Assembly (NCBI GenBank): GCA_045537795.1
Contig: JAZSQE010000065.1
Coordinates: forward strand, 101,418 to 165,417
Direction of reading: 5' to 3'
Source of the DNA: Kiritimatiellia bacterium
GTDB taxonomy: Bacteria > Verrucomicrobiota > Kiritimatiellia > RFP12 > UBA1067
Length of the DNA stretch: 64,000 nucleotides
Positions 35,788 through 44,727 of this stretch are shown here, in pieces. The position numbers were made by a program, and so were the translations under genes. Position 1 is the stretch's first letter. Each line of letters begins with the position of its first letter. The notes beneath the pieces are model-generated. The model worked only from the letters and a program-made list of their open reading frames with translations. It was not told the DNA's origin and ran no database searches.

Positions 35788-37152
35788 ATGTTCAAAATAG
35801 GCTATCTGCCGCTCAGCAAGGTCAATTGGACGAACGATACGCTTGAGGCGGCCCGCGAAAACGCGACGGCGTTTCTCAAGACGCTCCCCGATGTCGAGGT
35901 GATCGCGCCCGACCACATGCTCGCTCTCGAAGGCGAGGCGATCGAGGTTCTCGATCAGTGGGAGAAGGACCGCCCCGACCTCATCGTCGCGCACTTTCTG
36001 ACGTTTTCGCTCGGTGTCGTTCCGCCGATGTTCGCGCAGCGCCTCAAGGTGCCGATACTCCTGTGGTCGCAGCCCGAGCCCGATCCGAAGGGCGGAAGGC
36101 TCCAGAACAACTCGTTCTGCGCCGCGAACATGAACGCGCACCACATGTGGCGCCTCGGCATCCCCTACTTCTACGTCCACGCGCAGGCAGGGACGGAGGA
36201 GGCGGAGAAGAAGCTGATGAAGCAGATCCGCGTCGCGCAGACGATGAAGGAGCTCGGCAGGATGCGCATCGGACTCATCGGCGGACGCGTTCCCGGGTTC
36301 TTCACGAGCTGCGTGGACGAAATGATGCTGCGCCGCACGCTCGGGCCCGAGGTCAAGATTATCACCGAGCATGAACTTTTCACCGTCGCGAAAAACCTCA
36401 CGCCGGACGAAGTCGCGAAGGGGATGGCGATCATCGACGAGGATCTGAAGACACCTTCCTCCGACGCGCCGTGCAGCGCGCAGAAGGAGAAATCCGCCCG
36501 CCTCATCGCGGCCGTGATGAAGCTCAAGGAGAAGTTTTTCGTCGATACGTTCGCGATGCGCTGCTGGCCGGAGGTGATCTTGAGCGAGTTCTACGGAATC
36601 GCCGTCTGCTCGACGCTCGGACACCTGACGAACCACGGCTGCCTCACCGCCTGCGAGGGCGACATCTACGGCGCGGTGATGATGCGCATAGGCCAGACGA
36701 TTTCTGGCGAGCTGCCGTTCTTCTGCGACCTGATAATGTGCGAGGGCGATCACGGAACGGTCTGGCACTGCGGCGCCGCGCCGTGCGCGCTCGCCAAGCC
36801 GGGCTGCACGCCCGAGCTCCACTGCTCCGCGACGGTCGAAGGCGGCGGCGTGAAGGGCTGCACGGGCGAGTTTCCGCTCAAACCCGGACGCGTCACGCTG
36901 GCGCGTCTCGGCGAGACGCGCGACGGCAGGGGCTTTAGAATGCTCGTCTGCCCCGGTACGGGAATCGACACCGATCTCTTCGTGCGCGGCACCCCGCTCA
37001 ACGTAAAGTTCGACGCCGGCTGCGAGGCCGTCCGCCGCGAGGTGATGGAGAACGGCTGGGAGCACCACTATGCGCTCATGTACGGCGACAGGGTGGAGGA
37101 GCTCACCGCGCTCTGCCGCAACATGAACATCGAGATGCATCTCGTGAAGTGA
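35788..37152 (+). CDS. L-fucose/L-arabinose isomerase-family protein
   Basis: It is 454 aa. The start is MFKIGYLPLS, and the ACEGDIYGAVMMRIG motif resembles the COG2407 isomerase family. The call is by recollection of family features only. Confidence 0.5.
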   Translation: MFKIGYLPLSKVNWTNDTLEAARENATAFLKTLPDVEVIAPDHMLALEGEAIEVLDQWEKDRPDLIVAHFLTFSLGVVPPMFAQRLKVPILLWSQPEPDPKGGRLQNNSFCAANMNAHHMWRLGIPYFYVHAQAGTEEAEKKLMKQIRVAQTMKELGRMRIGLIGGRVPGFFTSCVDEMMLRRTLGPEVKIITEHELFTVAKNLTPDEVAKGMAIIDEDLKTPSSDAPCSAQKEKSARLIAAVMKLKEKFFVDTFAMRCWPEVILSEFYGIAVCSTLGHLTNHGCLTACEGDIYGAVMMRIGQTISGELPFFCDLIMCEGDHGTVWHCGAAPCALAKPGCTPELHCSATVEGGGVKGCTGEFPLKPGRVTLARLGETRDGRGFRMLVCPGTGIDTDLFVRGTPLNVKFDAGCEAVRREVMENGWEHHYALMYGDRVEELTALCRNMNIEMHLVK

Positions 37153-37219
37153 TTTACCGTCGAAAGCGCTCGAGGTCAATCGGCGGCTTTCGGCATCAAT
37201 CGACAATAGAGGGAAAACA

Positions 37220-38035
37220 ATGGCAAACCTGCGCATCAAACTCAGCCCGGTTGAAGGCTACAACAAGATATTCGACGTCGGCGAATACGGCATGAAACTC
37301 ACGAAGTTCGGTCTTCTCAAACTCTCCGCGGGCGCGACTTACGAAGGCGACAGCGGCGAGACGGAAGTCGCGCTCGTCCTCATCGGCGGCAATTTCGCCG
37401 CGTCCGTCCGGAGCGGCGGCAATGATGCCGCAGAAGAGTTCGAAGTGACCGACGGACGCAAATCGCCGTTCACCGGCAAACCCCACTGCATGTATCTGCC
37501 GCGCCGCACGAAGTACGTTATCACCGCGCTTTCCGATGTCGAACTCGCGTACAACGCTTCGCCCGTCACGCGCGACACGGCGAAACCGACGCTCATAAGG
37601 CCGGAGGACACGCGCCACATCGCGCTCGGGAAGGATAACTGGACGCGCACTTCGGAGATCATTCTCGACGAGAAGTTCGACTCCGAACACTTCTACATCG
37701 GCGAGGGCATGATTCCGTCCGGCAACTGGTCGGGTTATCCTTCACACCGCCACGACGAGAACAATCCGCCCGCCGAACTTGATATGGAGGAGACGTACTT
37801 CTATCTCTTCGATCCGCCGCAGGGCTTCGGATTCCAGAGCGTGTACAAGCCTGACGGTTCGCTGAACGAGGCGTACCGCGTGCAGAACTACGATACTGTC
37901 GCGATCGCCGAGGGGTACCATCCGCTCGTCGGCGCTCCGGGCTATCAGATGTATTATCTCTGGACGATGGCGGGAGCTCAAGGTCGCGGGCTGATCTCGG
38001 CAATGGATCCGGCGCACGTCTGGGTGAAAGGGTGA
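37220..38035 (+). CDS. iolB: 5-deoxy-glucuronate isomerase (IolB family cupin)
   Basis: It is 271 aa. SGNWSGYPSHRHDENNPPAELDMEETYFYLFDPPQGFGFQSVY...GYHPLVGAPGY closely follows the Bacillus IolB core (GNWSSYPPHKHD...EEIYYH...GQGFVFQRVY...GYHPV). Confidence 0.8.
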   Translation: MANLRIKLSPVEGYNKIFDVGEYGMKLTKFGLLKLSAGATYEGDSGETEVALVLIGGNFAASVRSGGNDAAEEFEVTDGRKSPFTGKPHCMYLPRRTKYVITALSDVELAYNASPVTRDTAKPTLIRPEDTRHIALGKDNWTRTSEIILDEKFDSEHFYIGEGMIPSGNWSGYPSHRHDENNPPAELDMEETYFYLFDPPQGFGFQSVYKPDGSLNEAYRVQNYDTVAIAEGYHPLVGAPGYQMYYLWTMAGAQGRGLISAMDPAHVWVKG

Positions 38036-38039
38036 GAGA

Positions 38040-39548
38040 TTGAAAAAACTGCTGCTGGGAATCGACTACGGCACCGGCGGGTGCAAGGTGACGGTCATAG
38101 ACGAGGACGGCTCGTTCGTCGGCGAAGCGTCGACCGAGTTTCCGACGCGGCATGATCGCCCCGGCTGGAGCGAACAAAATCCGCAGGATTGGTGGAACGC
38201 GCTAAAGAGCTCTCTTGAAAAGCTTGCGGCGAAGGGCGTCGATCTCAAAGCCCTCGCCGCATGCGCGCTTGACGGTTCGACTCACAACGCCGTTCTTCTT
38301 GACGGCGGGTTCAAGCCTGTGCGGCTCACGATCATGTGGACCGATCAGCGCGCGACGGCCGAATGCGCGATGTTGAAGGCCGAATGGGGCGAAAAGATTT
38401 TTTCGAAGTGCTTCCAGATGCCCGCGCCGACGTGGACTTTGCCGCAGATGATGTGGCTCAAGGCGAACGAGCCCGAGGTGCTCGGCAGGACGAAGCATGT
38501 TCTTTTCGTAAAAGACTACATCCGCTATCTGCTTACCGGTGAATCGGCCACCGACTACATAGAAGCCGAGGGCACGCTTTTTTTCGACGTCGCCGAAAAG
38601 CGCTGGGACGAGGAGCTTGTCGCGCTCGCGGGGCTTGAAACCTGCAAGCTGCCCCGGATCATAAAACCGACGGATGTCGCCGGGCGCGTGACGCGCGAGG
38701 CTGCGGCGTTTACCGCTCTTCCCGAAGGGCTGCCGGTCGTGTGCGGCTCTTCCGACAGCGCGGTGGAGGACTACGGCGCGGGCGCGGTAGAGCCGGGCGA
38801 TCTCATCATCAAGCTCGCCACGGCTGGCAACGTCAACGCGATGACCGCCGAGGCGCATCCGCATCCCAAGACGCTCACGTATTCGCATATCGTGCCCGGG
38901 ATGTGGTATTCTGTATCGGCCACGAACGCCGCGGCCCTCTGCATGAGGTGGTTCAGGGATGCGTTTTACGCGGGATGGGGAACGGGGAAGAGGGAAGAGG
39001 GGATGGGGAATTTGTATTCCCTGATAGACGTGGAAGCCGCGTCGTCGCCGGTCGGCGCCAACGGGGTGGCGTTCCATCCTTATCTGCAGGGCGAACGCTG
39101 CCCGTATTGGGATCCGGATCTGCGAGCCTCGTTCACGGGCGTTTCGATTTCGTCGACGCGCGGGGACTTTGCGCGCGCGCTGATGGAAGGTGTGGCGTTT
39201 TCTCTGCGCGACTGTTACCGCACGCTCGAGGAGATGCGGCTTGAAGTGAAGCGGATTTTCCTCATCGGCGGCGGTGCGCGCTCGCGTCTTTGGAGCGAAA
39301 TCGTCTCGAATGTCTTCAACAGCACGGCGGTAGTGCCGCGCCGCGGCGATGCGAGTTTCGGCTCGTGTCTTTTGGCGGGCGTAGGCGTGGGGATTTTCGG
39401 CGATGTGAAAAGCGCCGTGGAGAAGTGTCTCGATATCGAAAGGACGATAGAGCCGGATCCCGCGCTCGCGGCCGGATACGAAAAACTCTTCGCGCGTTAC
39501 CGCCGTATACACGATGCGCTGGCGCCGGTCTACGCCCGGCGGGGATGA
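38040..39548 (+). CDS. FGGY-family carbohydrate kinase (xylulokinase-like)
   Basis: It has a TTG start. LLGIDYGTGGCKVTVID is the FGGY N-terminal motif. It also has WWNAL and the C-terminal GGGARSRLW. Confidence 0.8.
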   Translation: MKKLLLGIDYGTGGCKVTVIDEDGSFVGEASTEFPTRHDRPGWSEQNPQDWWNALKSSLEKLAAKGVDLKALAACALDGSTHNAVLLDGGFKPVRLTIMWTDQRATAECAMLKAEWGEKIFSKCFQMPAPTWTLPQMMWLKANEPEVLGRTKHVLFVKDYIRYLLTGESATDYIEAEGTLFFDVAEKRWDEELVALAGLETCKLPRIIKPTDVAGRVTREAAAFTALPEGLPVVCGSSDSAVEDYGAGAVEPGDLIIKLATAGNVNAMTAEAHPHPKTLTYSHIVPGMWYSVSATNAAALCMRWFRDAFYAGWGTGKREEGMGNLYSLIDVEAASSPVGANGVAFHPYLQGERCPYWDPDLRASFTGVSISSTRGDFARALMEGVAFSLRDCYRTLEEMRLEVKRIFLIGGGARSRLWSEIVSNVFNSTAVVPRRGDASFGSCLLAGVGVGIFGDVKSAVEKCLDIERTIEPDPALAAGYEKLFARYRRIHDALAPVYARRG

Positions 39549-39591
39549 CGCCGCGACCTGCGACGGCCAAAAGAAATCGCGATGCGGATTC

Positions 39592-39638
39592 TCTCATTTT
39601 TTCTCATAAACAATCACAACGGCACCTACAACTCTCAT
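39592..39638 (+). promoter_or_regulatory. phased TCTCAT direct repeats (candidate DeoR-family operator, internal promoter)
   Basis: TCTCAT occurs at 39592, 39602 and 39633, with spacings of 10 and 31 nt. The last copy is exactly 11 nt upstream of TATAAT 39650, the same geometry as at 34842/34859. Confidence 0.4.
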
Positions 39639-39649
39639 GTGTTCTGATG

Positions 39650-39655
39650 TATAAT
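39650..39655 (+). promoter_or_regulatory. TATAAT -10 box of candidate internal promoter, embedded in palindrome ATGTATAATACAT
   Basis: It lies in the 125-140 nt intergenic gap inside an otherwise tightly packed gene run. The -10 sits in a 6-1-6 palindrome (39647-39659). Confidence 0.4.
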
Positions 39656-39688
39656 ACATGACATCACAAGGCTATGCAAGGAATACAA

Positions 39689-41134
39689 ATGAAAATCAAA
39701 ACAGACAGTTACATGTTCGAAATGATTCGGACGGAGCTGACCGATGCGGTCGGCGACAAGAATGTCGATGTTAAATTCGCGGACAAGTTCGGACATTCCA
39801 TCGACTATTACTGGATTCCCGAGATGTGGCACGACCGGGGCAAAGAATGTCCAAAGGCCGATTTTATCGTCCATCCCGGATCGACCGAAGAGGTTTCGAG
39901 GGTCATGAAAATCGCCAACCAGTACAAGATACCCGTTGTACCGTGGGGCGGCGGCTCCGGTTCGCAGGGCGGGGCGCTTCCGATTTACGGCGGCATTATT
40001 CTCGACATGAAGAGAATGAACAGATATTACGGGGTCGACAAGGAGAGCTACACGGTGCGGTGCCAGACCGGCATAATCGCGCGTCATCTCGAATGGAACT
40101 GCAACAAAGAAGGTTTTTCGACGATGCATCTTCCCGCGTCGATCGCATGCGCCACGATCGGAGGTTTTCTCGCGCACCGCGGAACGGGAGTGCTTTCGAC
40201 GAAGTACGGCAAGATTGAAGATATGGTGATGAGCCTCGAGGTCGTCACCCCTTCGGGCGAGATCATCCGCACGCTTCCCGTGCCGCGCCACGCCTCGGGG
40301 CCGGATCTCACGATGCTTTTCCTCGGCAGCGAGGGGACTCTCGGCGTCATAACCGAAGTCACGCTCAAGGTCCACCCCCAGCCCGAAGCGCGTGAATTCC
40401 GCGCATACATCTTCAAGGATTTCCACACCGCGATGCAGGCCGGCGCGACGCTTATGCGCTCGAGGCTCGGGCCTTGCGCCATGCGTCTTTATGATGAAGT
40501 CGAAACGAAAACCCACGTGTCGAAGGTCTTCGGCATCGATCTCGACAAGGGCGCTTATCTCGTGTTCGGCTTCGACGGACGCAAAGATATCGTCGCGTGC
40601 CAGATGAAGGCGGCGAGAGAAATCATGGAGAAGCAGTACAAGGGCAAGGATCTCGGCGCAAAAGGCGGGGAATGGTGGTGGGAGAACAAATACAAGTTCT
40701 TCTATCCGGGATACATGTTCCATGTTCCGCAGGCGTTCGGAACGCTTGATACGGTGGCGGATTTCGCGCATATCGAGAAAGTTTACTGGGCGATGAAGAA
40801 TGTCGTCAACAAGGAGTTCCCTGACGCCAGATTCATCGGGCATTTCTCGCACTGGTATGAATGGGGCTGCATGCTTTACGCGCGCTTCATCTTCCCCGGC
40901 GACAAGGTTCCGCCGAACGAGCGCGAGGCGGCGGCGCTTTACAATGCCGTGTGGGACAAGGCGATCCGCGCGGCGATCGCCAACGGCGGCGTGATCAACG
41001 AACATCACGGTGTCGGACTCAAGCTCGGGCGGTACGTGAAGGATCTTTACGGTACGGCGATGCCCGTCCTCGAGGGGATCAAGCGTCAGCTCGACCCGAA
41101 CGGCATTATGAATCCCGGCAAGATGGGGCTCTGA
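39689..41134 (+). CDS. FAD-binding oxidoreductase (GlcD / alkyl-DHAP-synthase-like FAD-linked oxidase)
   Basis: The FAD-binding PCMH motif reads IVHPGSTEEVSRVMKIANQYKIPVVPWGGGSGSQGG...ILDMKRMN. The start is set at the ATG preceded by AAGGAA; the alternative ATG is at 39674. Confidence 0.75.
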   Translation: MKIKTDSYMFEMIRTELTDAVGDKNVDVKFADKFGHSIDYYWIPEMWHDRGKECPKADFIVHPGSTEEVSRVMKIANQYKIPVVPWGGGSGSQGGALPIYGGIILDMKRMNRYYGVDKESYTVRCQTGIIARHLEWNCNKEGFSTMHLPASIACATIGGFLAHRGTGVLSTKYGKIEDMVMSLEVVTPSGEIIRTLPVPRHASGPDLTMLFLGSEGTLGVITEVTLKVHPQPEAREFRAYIFKDFHTAMQAGATLMRSRLGPCAMRLYDEVETKTHVSKVFGIDLDKGAYLVFGFDGRKDIVACQMKAAREIMEKQYKGKDLGAKGGEWWWENKYKFFYPGYMFHVPQAFGTLDTVADFAHIEKVYWAMKNVVNKEFPDARFIGHFSHWYEWGCMLYARFIFPGDKVPPNEREAAALYNAVWDKAIRAAIANGGVINEHHGVGLKLGRYVKDLYGTAMPVLEGIKRQLDPNGIMNPGKMGL

Positions 41135-41170
41135 CGGAATCAGCATTGAGATTGAAAAAGGAGATTTGAA

Positions 41171-42208
41171 ATGAATATAGACAAGTACAACGACGCTGTG
41201 ATGAATTGCCGGTTCTGTTTCATGTGCAGGCATCTTTCGGCGGTCGGGAACGTTCGGTTTACCGAAGTTGACACTCCGCGTGTTCGCGCGGCCATGATAT
41301 ACGGGCTCAGAACCGGCACGAATTCGTTCGATGATGGCGATTTCGTCGACGCTCTCTACAGACAGGATCTTTCTGCCTGCTGCGTGCATCATTGCGTGAA
41401 CCACTACGATGAGAACGCCCTCGCGCTCGCCGCGCGCGCCGATGTCGTGGAGGCGGGCAAGGCTCCGCAAGCCGTCGCCGGACTGGCCGCGAAATACATC
41501 AAGTCCGCAGATTGGAAAATCGAAGGGAAGAAAGGCGACGTCGCCTGGTTCCTCGACGAAAGCACCGCCGGAGACAAGACGGCCGTCGCCGCCGCACGGA
41601 AGCTCTTCGCCGCGGCGAAGGTCGCCCCGAGAATCGTCACCGGCGGCTCGATCGGCAAGGCGCTCAAGGTGCTCGGCTATTTGAAAGAGGCCGGCGAGAT
41701 CGCCGCCAGATTCGCCGCGTTCCTGAAGGACGCGGGAGTGAAGACGCTCGTCGTGTCGAATCCCGCCGCGTTGAGCGCGCTCAAGCAGGATTATCCCGGT
41801 TTCGGCGTCGAAGTTCCCTGCGAAGTGAAGTCGGTGTCGGCCTTCATTCTTGAAAAGAAGGTGAAGTTCTCCAAGGCCGCACCTCGGGTCTATCCGATCG
41901 CCGATGACTTTGTGCGCAACTATCTGGGCTGCGACTGCCACACGAGACTGCTCGCGGCGCTCAAGGCGAAAACCGTGCCCTTCGGCACGAACGACGAGGA
42001 GTCGTACAACTGCGGTGAGGGGGCGGTGGTGCTCGACAAACTTCATCCCGATCTTGTGAAGGATCTGGCGCAGTATGTCGCGGCGCGTTCGGACGACCCG
42101 AAGCGCGATATGATCGTCGTCGGTTCCGTCTACACAAAGCGCGCGCTTGTCAGATACGGCGGGCTCAAAGCTGTTACGTACGACGAGCTTGCGGCGGCGT
42201 GCCTCTGA
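41171..42208 (+). CDS. (Fe-S)-binding / cysteine-rich partner subunit (GlcF/GlpC/LutA-like)
   Basis: It has an N-terminal CRFCFMC cysteine cluster plus later Cys motifs. It sits immediately after the FAD oxidase, as in GlcD-GlcF type pairs. The RBS is AAAGGAGA. Confidence 0.45.
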   Translation: MNIDKYNDAVMNCRFCFMCRHLSAVGNVRFTEVDTPRVRAAMIYGLRTGTNSFDDGDFVDALYRQDLSACCVHHCVNHYDENALALAARADVVEAGKAPQAVAGLAAKYIKSADWKIEGKKGDVAWFLDESTAGDKTAVAAARKLFAAAKVAPRIVTGGSIGKALKVLGYLKEAGEIAARFAAFLKDAGVKTLVVSNPAALSALKQDYPGFGVEVPCEVKSVSAFILEKKVKFSKAAPRVYPIADDFVRNYLGCDCHTRLLAALKAKTVPFGTNDEESYNCGEGAVVLDKLHPDLVKDLAQYVAARSDDPKRDMIVVGSVYTKRALVRYGGLKAVTYDELAAACL

Positions 42209-42264
42209 AAGCGTTTTGAAAACCGAAGCGGCGCGCGCAGCGCGCGCCGCGCGAGAACGGAAGG

Positions 42265-43104
42265 ATGTCTCATGCCATGGCGTTGGTGAACATGAAGGAG
42301 ATGCTGAACGGGGCGAGGCGGGCCAAAAAGGCCGTCGGCGCGTTCAATGTCACGAATTACGAAACGGCCGCCGCGGTGCTCAAAGCGGCGCAGGCCGAGA
42401 ACGAGCCTGTTATCATACAGCTTTACATGCGCCTGTTCGATTCGAACAAGGCGTATGATCTTTGCGGTATGCTGCAGCGTCTCGCATTCCGGTCAAAAGT
42501 TCCGGTCGCGCTCCATCTCGACCACGGTTCGACAGTCAGGCAGGCTATGGACGCTTTGGCGTGGGGATACACGTCCGTCATGTATGACGGCTCGCGCGAT
42601 GCGTTTGACGAAAACGTTAAATGGACGAAGCACGTCGCCGATTATGCGCACGCTCTAGGAGCCACGTGCGAGGGCGAAATCGGCCATGTCGCCCAGGGCG
42701 ACGAGACGGCTCTTACCGATGTCGATGAGGCGGTACGCTTCGCGACGGCCACCGGAGTCGACGCGCTCGCCGTGTCTATAGGTACGGCGCACGGATATTA
42801 CAAGGCCGAGCCGAAGCTCGATATCGGGCGTTGCGCCGCGATCGCCGATGCGCTGCCGGACACGCCGCTGGTTCTTCACGGCGGCAGCGGAACGCCCCTC
42901 GCGGACGTCCGCCGCGCGATAGAAAGCGGGATAGCGAAAGTGAATATCGCGACCGAGTTTCTCGACACCTACATAAAATCCACGCTCAAAGTCTACGGAG
43001 AACTGGGCGGGGCGTTCGTTCCTCCCGACAAACTTGCCGATCCGATCGTTGACGAATGCGCTTCGCACGTGCAGCGACTGGTGCGGTTTTTCGCCGGAAG
43101 GTAA
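42265..43104 (+). CDS. class II (metal-dependent) ketose-bisphosphate aldolase, FBA/tagatose-BP/IolJ family
   Basis: Motifs are GAFNVTNYE, ALHLDHG, VMYDGS, EGEIGHV, SIGTAHG and LVLHGGSG. The start could instead be the in-frame ATG at 42277. Confidence 0.8.
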   Translation: MSHAMALVNMKEMLNGARRAKKAVGAFNVTNYETAAAVLKAAQAENEPVIIQLYMRLFDSNKAYDLCGMLQRLAFRSKVPVALHLDHGSTVRQAMDALAWGYTSVMYDGSRDAFDENVKWTKHVADYAHALGATCEGEIGHVAQGDETALTDVDEAVRFATATGVDALAVSIGTAHGYYKAEPKLDIGRCAAIADALPDTPLVLHGGSGTPLADVRRAIESGIAKVNIATEFLDTYIKSTLKVYGELGGAFVPPDKLADPIVDECASHVQRLVRFFAGR

Positions 43105-43143
43105 AAGTCCGCAATCCGTTGCCGGAATACGTCAGGAGGAGAA

Positions 43144-44406
43144 ATGCCAGAAATCAAGGCGGACAGAAATTACAAGTGGGTGATGCTCGCGCTGCTCGCC
43201 TTTACCTATTTTCTTATGCATGCGACGCGGCAGATATTCAACGCGTCGCTGCCCGATATCAAAGCGACGCTCTCGGGCGCCAGCGACGCCCAGTGGGGCT
43301 TCACCCGCACGGCGTTTCTCTTCGCGTACGGGCTGGTCGTGCCTCTTGCCGGAATCGCGGCCGACATGCTTCGCCGCAAGTGGGTCGTTGTCGTCGGCGC
43401 TCTGCTTTTTTCCGTGAGCGTGTTCGGCACCGGCTATGTCGACGGATTCGTCGGGATGCTCGTCATGTACGGGGTCATGAACGGCATCGGCCAGTGCATG
43501 ATACCGGCATCGGCCAGTTCGCTTATCGCGCAATATCATCAGGAAACCCGCTCGACGGCGTTGTCGATCTATCAGACCGGGCTTTATTTCGGCATTATCG
43601 TCGCCAGCGCTCTGGCCGGAGTTTTCGGGGCTGCCGCGACAGACGGCTGGCGGTATGCTTTTTGGATTTTCGGGGCTATCGGCATCGTCTGGTCGTTCAT
43701 ACTCGTGTTTGCGCTGCGCGACACGCCGCCGCTCGTTCAGAGCCAATCGCAGGACCGGATCGAGCGCGCCAGTTTCAAGGAGGCGGCTCTTGCGATGGTC
43801 TCCAAGCCTTCGGCGGTTCTCTTGACGTTCGCGTTCGGCATGCTCGTTTTCGGGTCCAATTGTTTCCGCACGTTCCTGCCGCTTTTTCTCCGGCAGGGGC
43901 CGGAACTCGGCGGCTTTTCCCTCAGCCCCGCCTCGGCGGCGCTTCACTCCGTGGTTTGGTTCTATATCGGTTCATTTGTCGGAATCGCCGCGGGAGCGAG
44001 ACTTTCGGACAGGCTCGTTCATCGCTTCCCCGCCATACGCATCAACATGCTTATCATCGGACTTGCCGTTTCCGCTCCGGCGATGGTGGCTATGGTGTAT
44101 ATGCCGAATCTCTTCCTCTGCTGTTTTATGACGTTTATCTTCGGCTTGGGCGGCGGCCTTTTCGACTGCTCGCTATATTCGGGGCTTTTCGAAGTCGTCG
44201 CGCCGCGCTACAGAGCCGCGGCGATGGGGGTTTACCTTTGCGGCGCGTTTCTCATCGGCTGCCCGGCGACCGCCGTTTTAGGTTATATCGGAGAACATTT
44301 CTCCTACCAGTTCGGCATCGCGCTTTTCGGCGGGACGTATGCGGCGGGAGCGCTCGCCGTTCTTCTGGCTCGTGTTTTCTTTTTCGGCAGGGACCGCGTT
44401 TCGTAG
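43144..44406 (+). CDS. MFS transporter
   Basis: It has about 12 predicted TM helices. The pattern LAFTYFLMHATRQIF...AADMLRRKW resembles anion:cation symporter-type MFS proteins. The RBS is AGGAGGAGA. Confidence 0.8.
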   Translation: MPEIKADRNYKWVMLALLAFTYFLMHATRQIFNASLPDIKATLSGASDAQWGFTRTAFLFAYGLVVPLAGIAADMLRRKWVVVVGALLFSVSVFGTGYVDGFVGMLVMYGVMNGIGQCMIPASASSLIAQYHQETRSTALSIYQTGLYFGIIVASALAGVFGAAATDGWRYAFWIFGAIGIVWSFILVFALRDTPPLVQSQSQDRIERASFKEAALAMVSKPSAVLLTFAFGMLVFGSNCFRTFLPLFLRQGPELGGFSLSPASAALHSVVWFYIGSFVGIAAGARLSDRLVHRFPAIRINMLIIGLAVSAPAMVAMVYMPNLFLCCFMTFIFGLGGGLFDCSLYSGLFEVVAPRYRAAAMGVYLCGAFLIGCPATAVLGYIGEHFSYQFGIALFGGTYAAGALAVLLARVFFFGRDRVS

Positions 44407-44509
44407 GAGGTGCGGCGCCGCGAAATTCCTCGGGCGGGAACGCTTCGTGCTGAGGCGGGCGATAGCCGCCAGAAAGAATGCGGAAGTTAAATTCAAGCCA
44501 AAATCGCTA

Positions 44510-44539
44510 TTGACGGGACGGTATCGGGTTTGGTATACT
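44510..44539 (+). promoter_or_regulatory. sigma70-like promoter for tRNA-Thr/tRNA-His pair
   Basis: TTGACG (44510-15), an 18 nt spacer, then TATACT (44534-39). The tRNA begins 17 nt downstream. Confidence 0.55.
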
Positions 44540-44555
44540 ATACATCCAAGTAAAG

Positions 44556-44631
44556 GCCAGGTTAGCACAGTTGGTAGTGCGGCTCATTCGTAATGAGCAG
44601 GTCGGGGGTTCGAGTCCCTTACCTGGCTCCA
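44556..44631 (+). tRNA. tRNA-Thr (anticodon CGU), CCA encoded
   Basis: Hand-folded. The acceptor is GCCAGGT/ACCTGGC, the D arm GCAC-AGTTGGTA-GTGC, and the anticodon stem GCTCA/TGAGC with loop TTCGTAA. The T loop is TTCGAGT. Confidence 0.8.
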
Positions 44632-44635
44632 AAAT

Positions 44636-44712
44636 GGCGGGAGTAGATCAATGGTTAGATCAACAGATTGTGATTCTGTGGGTTGCGGGTTCGAGTCCCG
44701 TCTCCTGCCCCA
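44636..44712 (+). tRNA. tRNA-His (anticodon GUG) with encoded G-1, CCA encoded
   Basis: Hand-folded. G-1 is opposite C73, the acceptor is GCGGGAG/CTCCTGC, and the anticodon stem is ACAGA/TCTGT with loop TTGTGAT. The T arm is GCGGG-TTCGAGT-CCCGT. It starts 4 nt after tRNA-Thr. Confidence 0.85.
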
Positions 44713-44727
44713 GAAAGGTGAAAGACC

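Noticed and set aside
37153-37219. Direct repeat TCAATCG ... TCAATCGAC in the gap before iolB, considered as a regulatory site.
   Set aside because: There are only two short 7-mers, with no symmetry, no promoter elements and no second occurrence elsewhere in the locus. That is insufficient support.
44412-44421. GC palindrome GCGGCGCCGC after the MFS gene, considered as a terminator.
   Set aside because: It is a 10 nt self-complementary sequence with no loop and no downstream T-tract, so it is not a convincing intrinsic terminator.
43056-44453. 465 aa Arg-rich alternative-frame ORF overlapping the MFS transporter.
   Set aside because: It runs on the same strand in a different frame. The MFS frame gives about 12 clean hydrophobic helices and an AGGAGG RBS, whereas this frame is Arg/Gly junk.
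44601-44620. The tRNA-Thr T-stem contains two G-U pairs (GGGGG/CCCTT), which raised the possibility of a pseudo-tRNA.
   Set aside because: All other elements are canonical: a perfect 7 bp acceptor, the D arm, the anticodon stem, the TTCGAGT T-loop and the encoded CCA. It also shares a promoter with an intact tRNA-His. It is retained as a functional tRNA call.
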